Program-made: the position numbers and the translations under genes
The notes under the pieces: generated by a model
The model's input: the letters and a program-made list of their open reading frames with translations, nothing else
What the model was told of the DNA's origin: nothing
Database searches by the model: none
Assembly: GCF_018350175.1 (NCBI RefSeq)
Contig: NC_058373.1
Location: 105,278,001 to 105,342,000 of the forward strand
DNA from: Felis catus
Taxonomy: Eukaryota
Length of the DNA: 64,000 nt
Direction: 5' to 3'
Shown: piece by piece, positions 1-13,460 of the stretch
Layout: every line of letters begins with the position of its first letter
Position numbering within the stretch: the stretch's first letter is position 1

Positions 1-74
1 GACATTATTTATGGTCTTTCTTTGCCATATAGCTAAAAAAAATTTTATGTAGTTATTTCTATATGTATATGTTA

Positions 75-805
75 AGATGTTTATTTATTTTGAGAGAGAG
101 AGAAACCATGAGCAGGGGAGGGGCATAGAGAGAGGCAGAGAGAGAATCCCAAGCAGGCTTCACGCTCAGTGCAGACCCTGATTGTGGGGCTCGATTCCAC
201 AGCCATGAGGCCTTGACCTGAGCTGAAATCAGGAGTCGGACACTCAACTGATTGAGCCACCCAGGTGTCCCTAGTTATTTTTATCTTTTATACTTTCTGT
301 GTTTTTATGGTCTCTTCTTTTTTTTTTTTTTTTCTTCAACATTTATTTATTTTTGGGACAGAGAGAGACAGAGCATGAACGGGGGAGGGGCAGAGAGAGA
401 GGGGGACACAGAATCGGAAACAGGCTCCAGGCTCTGAGCCATCAGCCCAGAGCCTGACGCGGGGCTCGAACTCACGGGCCGCGAGATCGTGACCTGGCTG
501 AAGTCGGACGCTTAACCGACTGCGCCACCCAGGCACCCCAATGGTCTCTTCTAACACAAGTTTATACCTATAGTCTCCTAGATTCTCTTGCGAGATTTTC
601 ATTATTTAGTACATATTTATATTTATTTTTTGTTTACTTATTTATTTTTGAGAGAGACAGAGTATGTGCATGCACGTGTGATGGGGGGAGGGGCAGAGAG
701 AGAGGGAGACAGAGAGTCCCAGGTAGGCTCTACACTGTCAGTACAGAGCCCAATGTGGGGCTTGCACTCATGAACTGTGAGATCATGACCTGAGCAGAAA
801 TCAAA
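75..805 (-). mobile_element. Cluster of three antisense SINEC elements (~75-271, 319-540, ~625-805 truncated)
   Basis: Reverse-complement SINEC head, (GA)n linker and T-rich tail. The middle copy has TSD atggtctcttct (307-318 / 541-552) and felid-type variants (cagccaggtcacga, tgggctgatgg). Confidence 0.9.
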
Positions 806-849
806 TTAAACAATTTATTTTAACTTTTTGTTTATATATTTGACAACAG

Positions 850-1004
850 GTGGTGTTTATGAAGATTCATGTGCTAGTCATGGTCCAATGAGTTTGGGAG
901 AATTGGAGTTGCAGCCAAATTCTAACCTTGCTCTTCCCACAACACTTTTGACAGTGCAAGAAAATGATGTTCAGTTATCAGGAGCAGTTGAAGATAATCA
1001 TCAG
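850..1004 (+). CDS. KIAA0586: TALPID3 (KIAA0586) internal coding exon, phase 1 to phase 0
   Basis: acag| acceptor (AG 848-849) and CAG|gtaata donor (GT 1005-1006). Encodes [51 protein letters not shown], recognised as the TALPID3 C-terminal region. Splices in frame to the next exon. Confidence 0.92.
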
Positions 1005-1049
1005 GTAATAATCCTTGTACTTTACTTAAAATGAGAATGGTAATAATAT

Positions 1050-1222
1050 TGGCTTAGCATGATGCACTGCCAAGAGATTAGTCTTTGGAGTCAGTTTCAA
1101 TCCATGCTTCCTTTATTTGTTAATTCAAGCCTGGATACAACTCTTAGCTCATCTGGACCCTAGCTATGACCTTGAATACATAGCATTTTTCTAACCCTTA
1201 GTTTTAGAGATTAAAAATAGCA

Positions 1223-1257
<35 letters not shown>

Positions 1258-1375
1258 GTATATATATATACATACACACATATACATATATATAATGCTG
1301 GTTAGGTAGCTATTATTGACACTTTGTGTCATCATGAAATATCTAGCTCATTAATTTGCATATAGCAGGTACTCA
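1050..1375 (+). mobile_element. MIR-like remnant interrupted by a (TA)n microsatellite (~1223-1292)
   Basis: Similarity to MIR core (gtctttggagtcag...tgaccttg...agcaggtactcaa). Confidence 0.5.
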
Positions 1376-1629
1376 AGAAAAATTTATTATATTAAATTTT
1401 GCAAAAGCTGTTACATAAGCAATTTCATGGTGAGTTAGGCCAATGGCCCATGTAATCTTCTGTACTGAAAAAATAGGTTAATTACTCTCCAGCATGTAAA
1501 GAAATGTTCACGTTATTAAAAACAGTTTTGTATCTGTGTAATGGCAATGGATTTCTCACTGTAGATTAGTTTATTCAATTCACTATGTATTTCATGATAT
1601 TGCATAGCATTGCATGGGGTTGGTATTGC

Positions 1630-2030
1630 TGGTTGCAACCTCAGGAGTTTCCTGGGTGAAGTTTAAAACTGGCCCCTATTCATGGAGAGCAAGGAGAGAC
1701 CGAATAAAGACACATACCACTCCAGATTGGCAGATGGCAGGTTTAAATAAGCAAGGGGACTTACTTACCAGACCTGTCTCGGGCACTTGTGAGACCGGTA
1801 GATCTCTGCACCCAGCCACCAGAATCTTAAAAGTTTATATAGAAGCCTTAATTGGGTTCAGTCAGGTATTCAGTCCAGACGGTGTCATAACACCTTCCCC
1901 TCTCAAGGCTATGTCCTTTAATGACTGCCAGTATGGAAATAGTAGGTGGGACGCATATTCCAAGGACAGGACCAGAGTAAGGAGCTTCCAATTGCCTGGG
2001 TTCAGCTTGTGGGTCAACTCGTGGCTGATA
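1630..2030 (-). mobile_element. Probable solo ERV LTR, antisense in the intron
   Basis: GC-richer ~400-bp block in AT-rich intron. TATATAAA on the - strand at 1834-1841. Recognised as resembling carnivore ERV1-type LTRs; family not assigned. Confidence 0.6.
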
Positions 2031-2709
2031 AGAATCAAGAGGTATCTTTTTAAAGTCCTGTCAAAGTATATCTGATAGCTTTTTTCAGGCACTCATTCAT
2101 AATTAGGACCATAAAATAGTAAAAGGAAGAAATAAAATGGCTTTCACAGTTTGTGATGTGTGGTTGTGAAAGAATTTGTGACTATTGTAAATTTCAAATT
2201 TGGTTAGGTTATAGGTACTAGGAAGAGAGATGATGGGGCTTGTGGTGGAGTGCACATTTCTTGAATGTCAAAGGAGGATAACAGTACTCATGCTTGTGAG
2301 AATTAAGTGATGTTACTATATAGAAAAGCTCTTTGAAAATTGCAGTGCATTATGCAGATTTTCATTTTATGTAAAAATGGTTATATGGGAGAGCTTAACA
2401 ACCACATTAAGTTTTTATCCTGTCTAAATCCATCATATGTATATATCTAGAATAGTTTGATTTATAAGGAGCTTTGAATTATGAAGTGATTTGAATATTT
2501 GAAATCTGTATATATTATCCAAATCTTTTGAAAGATTTTATTTCCAATGTCTTTTCTCTAGTAATATGTACTCTATCACCCATTTAGCATTAGAGGACAT
2601 GTATAATATTCAAATTTTATATAAGAAACAACTAAATAGTTTAATTGCTCAAAACTTTTTAAAGTAACTTAAAAAACAATGTTATGACTTCACGTCTTAA
2701 ATTCTTTAG

Positions 2710-2818
2710 TACCAACAAAAGCATGACCAAGATGCGAAACAAGTTGAACACAAGCCTGCACAAAGTCGTTTAATACGTGTAAGAAGTAAATCTGATATTT
2801 CACTTTCACAGCAACAAG
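2710..2818 (+). CDS. KIAA0586: TALPID3 coding exon, 109 nt, phase 0 to phase 1
   Basis: ttctttag| acceptor and AAG|gtaaga donor. Encodes [36 protein letters not shown]. Too short for the ORF track. Confidence 0.92.
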
Positions 2819-5382
2819 GTAAGATTCATTTTCTTGTAATATAATAGTTTGATGCTTGCCCTGATATTGAACAAGTATATGATGAAAATTCTTTATTTTT
2901 GTCTACATCACATTCTTGTCTGTAAGTTTTCTGTTTTTTCTTAGTCCATTGGGATAAAGAATCTCGTATCATATTTGACTGTATATTTGTTCTTTGTACC
3001 AATAAACTCCATTTCTAATGAATTTAAAAACTCTTAGGTAGTGTTTTTCCTTTAATCTTATCTTTTGGTTCTTATGCAGTTGATTGCCTTTTTATCTGTT
3101 TATAGGTCTGTATCTGTGTCAGAGTTGTCTATTTTAAATTATGTGAAAAAGGCAGGGGCTGTGGCTGTAAAGGTGCTTCTTTGTAAAGGCTATTCAGTGT
3201 TGTGGGTGATGCTGACCAATAAACACAACTTAAAAAAAACAAAGGATTCTCACACTGAATGCACATTATGTAAATGACCAGTTGTGTGGTTGAACTTCAA
3301 TTCTATAGTCAGCATCATAGCATTTTGATGTTCCTTTATGTTTCTGAAAGACTGTTGGCTTTCTGCTTTATTTACCTTCTTGCTTCTTAGTCACTTAAAT
3401 TTAATATAACCTAAACTCTGAAATTTGGCAGTAGAAATTAAGATATTTTCTGTTTTAAAACTTTATTTCCACAATCCAGGAAGAAGTATTAGGAATGTTT
3501 TAAGCAGTAGAACATTTTTCTTTGCTTTTATGCTTGTGTTTTTTTTTTAATCTCATTTACTGAATGCCAGTATAATTGCAAATGTAACTATACATTTAGT
3601 GTTACAGGAAAGACCCAAAACAAGGACATACTCAAGATATTTATTAAAATTATGCTATATGAGGTTTAGATTTTTACTTTTGTTTTTTGTTCCTCTCTTG
3701 CGCCCACCTCTCAGAACTTTGCCTTCCTGACCACCTTTTAACCTGACCATGGTACAATAATGTGAATATTGTATTTTAGAATCCCATGGAAACTTGGCTG
3801 TAAAACTCTTCTTATAGTATTTAAAAATTAATCAAAACAGTATATAGATAGGAACAAATGAATGTTTCTAAGATAATGGCAGGACTGACTTGATGCCCTT
3901 CTACTGTTACCATTCACGGTCAAAGACTATATATTTAAGTTAGGTTTAAAAAAATTGTAATGTCTTAAAATTATTAGTAAATTTTGTCTCCTTGGGAGAT
4001 ATTGTATGTGATAAAATGATCATTTTTCTCAGGTGATGGGAAAATTTGGTAAGATTTTAAAGTTAAGTGTCTCTCTTCAGGAAAATGACATTCAGTTTCA
4101 CACATACATGAATGACCACAAGATGGCAATAAATTCTTGTTGGCTTACAACAAAATGTCATGAAGTACAATGTTGTTAAATAGTGTCTAATTAACATTTA
4201 ATAAGTCAATAAAAATTGTATGAATAAAAGAAACCGAGGTGTTAGCTGGTTAAAGCAAGTTTTATTTAGAAGAGTTTAGAATGGTTAGATTTAATATATA
4301 TAATTTTTTTTCATTTAATTTTATATGTAATACAGAAGTTAGAAGATCAGACCTATATCAGCTTTGACTGAGACAAATAAATACCCAGTGAGCTATAAAT
4401 AGAACATTTGAAAATAGAAGCCAAGTGTTTCACTCTATAACTGATACAGATCTCCATATTGAATACTTTTTTAATGAATGTGATTGCCTTGGCAAATATA
4501 GTCAGTTATGACTTTTTTTTTCCCATAAATTTTGTGGGTTTTATTTTTTCTCTGATGAAACTCTAAGACATTGCCAAATGTTTCAGAGAATAGGAGAGTC
4601 ACAATGCCAAAATAATCCTCTAGGGCTCTCAGGACTTTGGGTGACCTTGAAGGAATTCAATCCTATCTCTCATACAGGCCTTGAAGATAATGAAGGAAAT
4701 TCACCTTATCACAAGGGAATCAAAACCACATCTTTTCTGGCAGCTAAATGCTTCTAAGAATACTTGAACCCCAAATTATGACTGTTTTGGGGAGAAGTAT
4801 CCTATATTTCACTTTGAAATGTGTACTAGTTTAATATGTGTATATAAAGAATCAAGTAGCTTCACTAGCAGTAGCAGCTGTTTCAGTGATCATTACAAAT
4901 TGACTGAAGATTTGGTAGGACATGAGTTCCAGCACTATGCTTCCGAGAAGTCTGTAAAATCCTTGTTTCTGCTCCCCCTTGATTATAACTTTCAGCTTTT
5001 AATATAAAAAGAAATTGAATTGATCTGACAGATGGTTATCTTTGGAATCTAAGAGTGAAATTCTTTCATTTGGTATTGAATTCATTGGTTGTATTTTTGT
5101 CCACAGGATACCATTTTCTGATTCTAAGTCCTGATTAATGGGTTTATAGTGAACATAACAATTTAAGTGATTTCAGTGAGTCATTTAATTTTTTTTCCTT
5201 TCTACTATGCAAGTTAACTTTTACTGCTTCTTTTTCTGGGCAAGTTGACTTTCTTCCATATAAATAAGAGACTGGTTTTAAATCTGCTTGTTTGTTATAA
5301 ACCCAAGAACAGTTAAATTCTATTAAGTAATGTATTAAAATAGTTCACTTTATTTTTTTATTTTTTACATTCTATCAGTATC

Positions 5383-5876
5383 TTTTTTTTAAATTTGAGT
5401 ATAGTTGACACACAATGTTACACTAGTTTTCTGGGTACAATATAGTGATTTGACAAGTTTATACATTATGCTGTGCTCACCACAAGGGTAGCTACCATCT
5501 GTCATCACATGACAGACACTATTACAACATCACCGACTATATTCCTTATGCTGTGCTTTTTATTCCCGTGACTTATTCATTCCATAACTAGAAGCCTGAT
5601 TCTCCCACTCCCCCCTATTAACTGTTTTGCCCGTCTCCCCACCCCCCCCCGACCCTTCCTTCTAGCAACCATCAGTTTATTCTCTATATTTGTAGGTCTG
5701 ATTCTGCTTATTCACTTGTTTTATTTTTTTAGATTACACAGAAGAGTGAAATCATACATATTTGTCTTTCTCAGTCTGACTTCCTTCACTTAGCATAATA
5801 CCCTCCGGGTCCATCCTTGTTGTTTCAGATAGCACAATCTTACCATTTTTTTATTGCTATGTAATATTCCTGCGTA

Positions 5877-5936
<60 letters not shown>

Positions 5937-6533
5937 TTCTTATCCATTTGTCAATGGGGACTTACATTGCTTCTGTGTCTTGGCTGTTATAAATAAGCTG
6001 CAATAAACATAGAGGTGCAAATATCTTTTTGAATTTGTATTTTTGTTTTATTTGGATAAGTATCCAGTAGTGGAATTGTTGGATCACATGATATTTCTAT
6101 TTTTAATTTTTTGAGGACCTCATATTTTCCACAGTGGCTATACCAATATCCATTCCCACCAACAGTGTACCTTTTTCTCTACATCCTTGCCAACACTTGT
6201 TATTTCTTGTCCTTTTTTATTTTAGTCATTCTGACAAGTGTGAGGTAATATCTCATTGTGGCTTTGATCTGCATTTCTCTGATGATTAGGGATGTTGAGC
6301 ATCTTTACATGTTTCTGTTGGCCACTTGTCTTTTTTAGAAAAATGTTTATTTAAATCCTCTGCCTATTTTTAAATCAGATTGGTTTTTATTGTTGAGGTA
6401 TATAAGTTCTTTCTTTATTTTGGATATTACCCCTTATTGGATATATCATTTGTAAATATCTTCTCCCATTTAGTAGGTCACCTTTTTGTTTTTGTTGACG
6501 GTTTCCTTCACTGTGCAAAAGCATTTTATTTTG
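5383..6533 (-). mobile_element. L1 3' fragment (ORF2 end + 3' UTR), antisense, containing (GT)n(GA)n at ~5876-5932
   Basis: T-rich tail at 5383 and typical reverse L1 3'-end motifs (ttccacagtggc, cattcccaccaacagtg, tctcattgtgg). Confidence 0.9.
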
Positions 6534-7095
6534 TGAAGATACAAAAAATACAGATGCAAAGGAGTACATGCATCCCAAAGTTTATAGCAGGATTATCAAC
6601 AATAGCCAAAATATGGAGAGAGCCCAAATGTCCATCAACTGATGAATGGATAAAGAAGATGTGGTATATATATATTATTCAGCTATCAAAAAGAATGAAA
6701 TCTTGCCAATTGCAACAACGTGGATGGAGCTAGAATGTAGCATTTAAGTGAGATAAATCAATCAAAGAAAAACAAATACCATATGATTTTACTCATATGT
6801 AGAATTTAAGAAACAAAACAGATGAACATATGGGAAGGGTGCAGGGAAGAAGAGAGGGAAACACACCACAAAAGACTCTTAACAATAGAGAACAGACTGA
6901 GGGTTGATGGGGGGGGGGGGGGCTAGATGGGTGATGGGCATTAAAGAGGGCACCTGTTGTGATGAGCACTGGGTGTTGTATGTAAATGATAAATCACTGA
7001 ATTCTACTCCTGAAACCAATATTTCACTGTATGTTAACTAACCAAAATTTAAATTTAAAAAAAATTGATAAAAAAATAAAAATAAAATAAATAAG
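6534..7095 (+). mobile_element. Carnivore L1 3' end with poly(A), sense
   Basis: Encodes ...TIAKIWREPKCPSTDEWIKKMWYIY (ORF2 C-terminus), then G-rich 3' UTR and A-rich tail at ~7057-7095. Confidence 0.9.
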
Positions 7096-7156
7096 AATGT
7101 AGAAGATCTAAGCAACAATATTGACCAATTGAACCTAGTTGATAAACAGCTGATTT

Positions 7157-7350
7157 GGGGGCACCTGGGTGGCTCAGTTAAGTGCTCAACTTCAGCTCAG
7201 GTCAGAATCTCACAGTTCATGGGTTCAAGCCCTGCATCAGGCTCCATGCTGACAGTGCGGAGCCTGCTTAGGATTCTCTCTCTTTCTACCCTTCCTTCAC
7301 TGATATTTTCTCTCTCTATCAAAATAAATAGATAAACTTAAATTTTTTTT
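7157..7350 (+). mobile_element. SINEC
   Basis: ggggcacctgggtggctcag head; TSD-like aaa(c/a)agctgattt on both sides. Confidence 0.9.
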
Positions 7351-7612
7351 AAAAAGCTGATTTTACTTCCTAAGTAAACTTGAAACATTAACCAAGATTG
7401 ACAATATTCTGTATCATGAAACAAACCTCAGTAAATTTAAAACAGTTAAAATCATACAAAATATATTCTCTGACCTCAGTGGAATGAAAATGAAAATGAA
7501 TAACAAAGATTCCTGGAACATTACTAAATATTTGGAAATTAAATTGCACACATTTTAATAAACCTTGGGTCAAAAAGGAAATTACAAAGGGAATTAGAAC
7601 TATTTTGAACTT

Positions 7613-7816
7613 GGGGCACCTGGGTGGCTCAGTCAGTAGAGCATCCAGCTACGGCTCAGGTCATGATCTTATAGTTCGTGGGTTTGAGCCCCACATCAGG
7701 CTCTGTGCTGACAACTCAGAGCCTGGAGCCTGCTTCAGATTCTATGTCTCCCTCACTCCCTCCCCCCCCACCGCTTGTTCTCTGTGTCTGTCTCTCAAAA
7801 AATTAAAAGAAAAAAA
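7613..7816 (+). mobile_element. SINEC (felid type)
   Basis: SINEC head, CT-rich linker and A tail; degenerate TSD agaa.tattt..aact. Confidence 0.9.
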
Positions 7817-10814
7817 AGAAATATTTTTAACTGAATAAAAATGGAAACACCACGTACCAAAATTCATGGGATGCTGCTGAAGCAGTGATTAGAGGGAATT
7901 TTATGGCATAAATGCTTACATGATAATAGAAGAGAAAGGTCTAAAATCAGTGCTCTAAACCTCTAATGGAGGAAACCTGAAAAAGAAGGGCAATTAAACT
8001 TCTAATAAACAGAAGGAAGGAAAAGAACAGAATGAAATTGAAAACCTAAACATAATAGAAACCCAGTGAAACCAAAAGCTGGTTCTTTGAAATGACTGGT
8101 AAATCAATAAACCTTAGCCAGAATGATGAGGGAAAAAGGAGAAAACACATGAATCATTAGTATTAGAAGTTAGAGAGAGGAAATCAGTACAGATCCTATG
8201 GAAATTAAAGAGATTATAAAGTAATATTAGTATCTTTATGCTCATAAATTTGGCAACATTGGTAAAATGGAAAAATTTTATCTAACTTGAGAAGAAACTG
8301 ATAATTAAGTAATCTTATATTTGTTAAAGAAAAAGTGAATTTTTAGCTTAAAATCCTCCAATAAAGAGAACCTGAGGCTCAGACGGTTTCACTGGAGAAT
8401 TCTACCAGATATTTAAGAGAGAAATAATGCCAGTTCTACTCAAACTCTCCCAGAAAATAGAAAAGAACTCTTCTTACCAATACCCTGATACCAAAACCAG
8501 ACAAAGACATTTCTGGAAAAGAAATTTATAGACCAATATCTCTCATGAACATAGACAAAAAATTTCTCTATAAAATATTAGCAAATTGAATCCAACAATA
8601 TATAGAAAGACAGTAAGTGGACCAGGTGGGTTTATCCCAGGAAAGAAAGGTTGGTTCACCATTCAAAAAGCAATGTAATTCACTATATGAATATACTAAA
8701 AAAAAAAAAAAATGTGATTTTCTCAATAGATCTAGAAAAGCTTTTGACAGTAGTCAACATCTTTTTATGATTACAGTATTCAACCAAGAATCAGAGGAAT
8801 CTTTCTCAACATGATAAAGGAAAGACATTACAAGAAACCTATAGTCAATATCACACATGATGGTGAAAGACTAAATGCTTTCCTAGTAAAACTGGAAATA
8901 AACAATGAGGTCTGCTCTCATTACTCCTTTTCAAAATCATACTGGCTGTTCTAGCCAATGCAGTGATGCAAGAAAAATCAAAAAAGGCATACAGATTAGA
9001 AAGGAAGAAATAAACTTACTTCTATTTGGTCATGCATGATTATATAAAGTGCCACAAGGCCTACAAAAATCCTACTGGAACCAACATGTTTATCAAGTTC
9101 ACAGGGGCTACAATATCAATGTACAAAAATCAGTGATATTTCTTTGAACTAGCAATGAAAAATTGGAAATTGTAATTAAAAACTATAATATATCATAGCA
9201 ACATAAATGTGAAATATTTAGGTATAAATCTAATGAAATATTTTCATGATTTGTGTGCTAAAAACTACAAAAACATCTGATGAGAGAAATCAAAGACCTA
9301 TATAAATGGATAAGACTCAAAATTAAGAAGTCAGTTCTCCCCAAATTGATCCATAGATTCAGTGCAATCTCAGTCAAAATTCTAATAAGATTTTGGTAGA
9401 TACTGATAAGCTCATAAGGAAATGCAGAAGGCCTGGAATAGCCAAAATAACTTTTAAAAAGAAGAGGTTGGAGGATTTACACTATGGCTTTAAAACATTT
9501 TCTAAAGCTACAGTAATCATGATAGTGTAGTATTGGCATAAAGATTAACAGGTAGATAGATCAGTGGAATAGAATCCAAAAAGAGTCCATACATTTATAA
9601 TCAATTGATTTTTCACAAATAGCAAAGAATTGAATGAAGAAAGGATAATCTCAACAAATTGTGTTGGGTCAAGTGGTCACCTATGTGCAAAAAAATGAAC
9701 CATGACCCATATCTCACAAACATATACAAACATTAGCTCAAAATGGATCCTAAATCTAAATGTAAAGCCAAAAGCACTAAAACTTCTAAAAGAAAAATAG
9801 GAGAAAATCTTTGTGACCTGTGGTTGGGCAAAGATTTTTAAGATGTTATAGAAAAGTCATAGTTCCTAGAAGCATATATTGATTGATTGGATTTAATGAA
9901 AATAAAAACTTTTTCAAAAGACACTGTTAAGAGAATGAAATAGGATAAACTACAGATTAGGAGAAAATATTTGCAAATCCACTTTTTGATAAAGAACTTG
10001 AATCCAAAATATGTTTTAAAAACATAAAACTCAGTAGTAAGAATGAGTTTAGAGATTTGAATAGACACTTCACTAAAAAAAGTTATATGGATGACAAATG
10101 AACACACAGAAAGATGTTAAACATCATTAGTTACTAATGGGAGGTGCAAATTAAAAAGTAGATACCACTAACTACCCATTAGGTCGGCTGAAATCAAAGA
10201 AACTGGTAACATCACACATTGATGAGAAGGCCGAGCAATTCTTATTCTTGTACATTGCTGGTGGAGTGCAAAATGCTACAGCCACCTTGGAAAAACAGTT
10301 TGGCAGTTTCTTCTAAAATTAAATAGAAATTTACTATACAACCCAGCAGTCCATATACTAGGTATTTACTCAAGAGAACTGAAAACTTATATTCACATAA
10401 AACCTGTACTCAATTTTTAACAGTTTCATTTATGATTACCAAGAAGTGAACCTAGATGTCCTCCAACAAGTGAATGGATAAGCAATGTATGGTACATCCA
10501 TACAATGGAACTCAGCAACAAAAAGGAATGAAATGCTGATATACATAAAAGCATGGATGAGTCTCATTGCTTTATATAAAATGAAAGAAGCCAAATTCAA
10601 AAGCCTTCATACCGTATTTATGTGACAATTACAGCTATATGACATTTGGGAAAAAACAAAAGTATCTATATTAGGAGAACAGATCAGTGGCTTCTAGGAG
10701 TGAGAGCAGGGTTTGACTACAAATGGCAGGAGGAACTTTGGAGGTGATATAGATGTTCTAGATCTGGATTGTGGTGGTGGTTATATAACCAGGTGTTTGT
10801 CAAGAGTGAATCTT

Positions 10815-10967
10815 GGGCACCTGGGTGGCTCAGTCATTGATTTCACAGTTCGTGAGTTTGAGTCCCACATCGGGTGAGCTCATGCCCTCATCGGGTGAGC
10901 ATGAGCCCCTTTTGGGGTAAAACACGAGCCCCCGGTGAGCCCCACTTCTCCATCTGTCCTTTGTGGG

Positions 10968-11002
<35 letters not shown>

Positions 11003-11073
11003 TTCCCCCCCACCCCTTGTTCTCTAGTGACCTTTCTTTTGCTCTCTCTCTCTTTCTCAAAAAAAAAAAAAAA
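10815..11073 (+). mobile_element. SINEC variant with internally repeated (cgggtgagc..gagcccc) units
   Basis: SINE head, repeated ~20-bp units, (CT)n and poly(A); TSD-like aa.agt.aatctt on both sides. Confidence 0.8.
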
Positions 11074-11598
11074 ATAGTAAATCTTACTGGGTATGAATTA
11101 TGCTTCAGTAAAGCTAACTTAAATATTACTGACCCTTTTCTATTATGAATTTTCTTAGTTAACTTTTGTTAAAAGTTTGTTATATGGGAATGTATAAAAG
11201 GTTTTGTTGTTAAAAGGTGTTTAAATGTGACACTGAGTATTTTACATACAATTATTCACATCTTTTTTTCTGTATTTAACACTTCAGGAGGAGATAGTTG
11301 GCTATACTTTTATAATACATTGTATCTTCAATATAATATATATTGGATTTCTAGGTATTTATTTGAGAATACATTTTATTCAAGCTAGAAGCCTGGGACA
11401 TTTAAGCTTTGTAATTAATAGCAACTAACTAGTAACAGAAGAGAAGATAGTATGTGCTAATCTGAAAATACATGTTTAGATTTCAGAAAAGAAAGAAGTG
11501 TCAGCTCAAAACTTTACTGGCACATCCAATATCCAATATAATGTATCATTAACCCAGTCCAGTTCAATAAACACTGAGTTCTCTCACACACTACACTT

Positions 11599-11815
11599 TT
11601 TTTTTTTAAACTTTTTGTTAAAGTTAACTTATTTTTGAGAGACAGAGAATGAGCAGGGGAAGGGCAGAGGGAGAGGGAGACACAGAATCCGAAGCAGGCT
11701 TCAAGCTCTGAGAGTCAGCACCGATACTGACACAGGGCTCCAACCCATAAACTGTGAGATCATGACCTGAGCTGAAGTCAGACGCTTAGCTGACTATGGA
11801 GCCACCCAGGCGCCC
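11599..11815 (-). mobile_element. SINEC
   Basis: Antisense SINEC with TSD cactacactt. Confidence 0.9.
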
Positions 11816-12859
11816 TGCCCCACTACACTTCTAAGCCTTGATGTTTTTGCATGTTATCTTCCTTTTATGTGTAATTTTCTTCTTTCCCCACTTTGCGTGT
11901 CTTTCTTTTTCAACATCTAGCTCCATTTTTCTGAGTCCTTACTGAACCTCCGATTGCAAATGACTTATTTATCTTTAACTCCAACCCCAGCTTTTTTGTG
12001 CCCTGAACATGATCATAGTTTTACTGATAATTTCCGCTATCAGCCTGCTAGGTACTCTCTTTTATCTCATTTGTTCCTCAAAATACCATGACATGCAGGT
12101 AGTTCCATTCCCCTTTTATAAAAAAAAAGGATAAAGTTCGTGAAGGATGACTAACTTTCCCATAGCACAGTTTTAGAAACTGAAGATATAGAATTCTAGC
12201 CCTTACCTACCTGAGTGCAAAGCTGATATTCTTTTCCTTGTTTCATACTATTTTGTGGAGTAAGCATTTAATACATATTTATTATGTGACTTAACAGCTT
12301 TCTGGAAGGAACTGCCTTTATCATCTCTACATTGCCTAGACTGATTATTCAGAAGGTCAGAGAAACTGATAGTTCTGTGGTTTGTTTAAGATAGGTTATC
12401 TTGTTTGTTATTTAAGAGATGATGTTTCCCAATGTGTTTAATGCACAGTAATCAATAAGTATTTATTGAATCAAACTTAAATATCATTTGCTACTGACCA
12501 CAAACATTTAATTCTGTTATTTAGTAAAAAGAAGAAAGAAGAAAAGAGAGAAAAGAAAATATATCATCCCAATTGTTTTCTAATTACTGACACCTTTAAT
12601 GTAGATAGTGAGCTATAGTGGAATAATCTAAAGGCTGCTTTTAGATTTTTACCTGCTTTTCTAAAACATTGTATGATTTCTTTTGTAGTATTGATGTTTT
12701 CTTATTCTTCAAGGACAAATTAGTTGAGCAGGGTGGGGGCAGCCAAGAATTTGCCCAAGGGTAGGAAGAGTTAAATCAGGTTACATATTAGTCAGTGGGC
12801 AGTCTTCTTGAACTCTAGAGGAAAAGAGAATAGTATGGCATCATTCATTCATTCTGTTT

Positions 12860-13460
12860 TTAAAAATTGAGATATAATTCTTATTTTAAAATTATCCTTT
12901 TTAAAGTATACAAGTAAAAAAATCTTTTTGATGTTTTTATTTATTTTCGAGAGAGAGCAAGAGACAGAGCGTTAGTGGGGGAGAGAGGGAGACACAGAAG
13001 CAGGCTCCAGGCTCTGAGCTGTCAGCACAGAGCCTGACGCGGGGCTCGAACTCACAAACTGTGAGATCATGACCTGAGCTGAAGTTGGCCTCTCAACCAC
13101 TGAGCCACCCAGGTGCCCCAAAATGTACAATTTAGTGGTTTTTAGTATTTTTTTTAAAGTTATGGAACCATGGCCATTATCTAATCCCAGAACCTTTCCT
13201 TTGTTCTAAAAAGAAACCCCATACCTGTTAGTATTGCTTTTCTTTTCTCCTCTCCCCCAGTTCCTGGAAACTACTAACATGCTTTCTGTCTCTATGGATT
13301 TACCCACTCCGTACATTTTATATAAACGGAATCATACAATATGTGACTTTGGTGTCTGGCTTCTTTCACTTAACATGTTTGTTTTCAGGGTTCATTCATA
13401 GTGTAGCACATATCATTACTTCATTCCTCTTTATGGCTGAATAATATTCCAGTGTATGTT
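12860..13460 (-). mobile_element. Old L1 3' UTR fragment with a nested antisense SINEC (~12925-13119)
   Basis: ttgagatataattc...tctgtctctatggattt...ggaatcatacaatatgtg...ggctgaataatattcc motifs, split by a SINE. Confidence 0.8.

Larger units (their letters stand above)
7096..11125 (+). mobile_element. Old, degenerate L1 (L1M-type) from the endonuclease end through ORF2 and 3' UTR, interrupted by three SINEs
   Basis: A-rich ORF2 remnants, e.g. ctgataccaaaaccagacaaagac, agaccaatatctctcatgaacatagac, gaatggataagc...tggtacatccatacaatggaa. Many stops and frameshifts. Confidence 0.9.

Noticed and set aside
59..773. Many 60-128 aa ORFs containing GAWVAQSVKRPTSAQVMISR, EFEPRVRLWADGSEPGACF or ERGRGRERG (also at 14.5, 16.4, 18.1, 24, 34.1, 37.5, 43.7, 46.0 and 55.6 kb)
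   Set aside because: Translations of SINEC elements, not genes.
5383..7095. Single L1 with a twin-priming 5' inversion
   Set aside because: Both arms carry their own 3' end and tail and overlap in L1 coordinates, so they are two elements.
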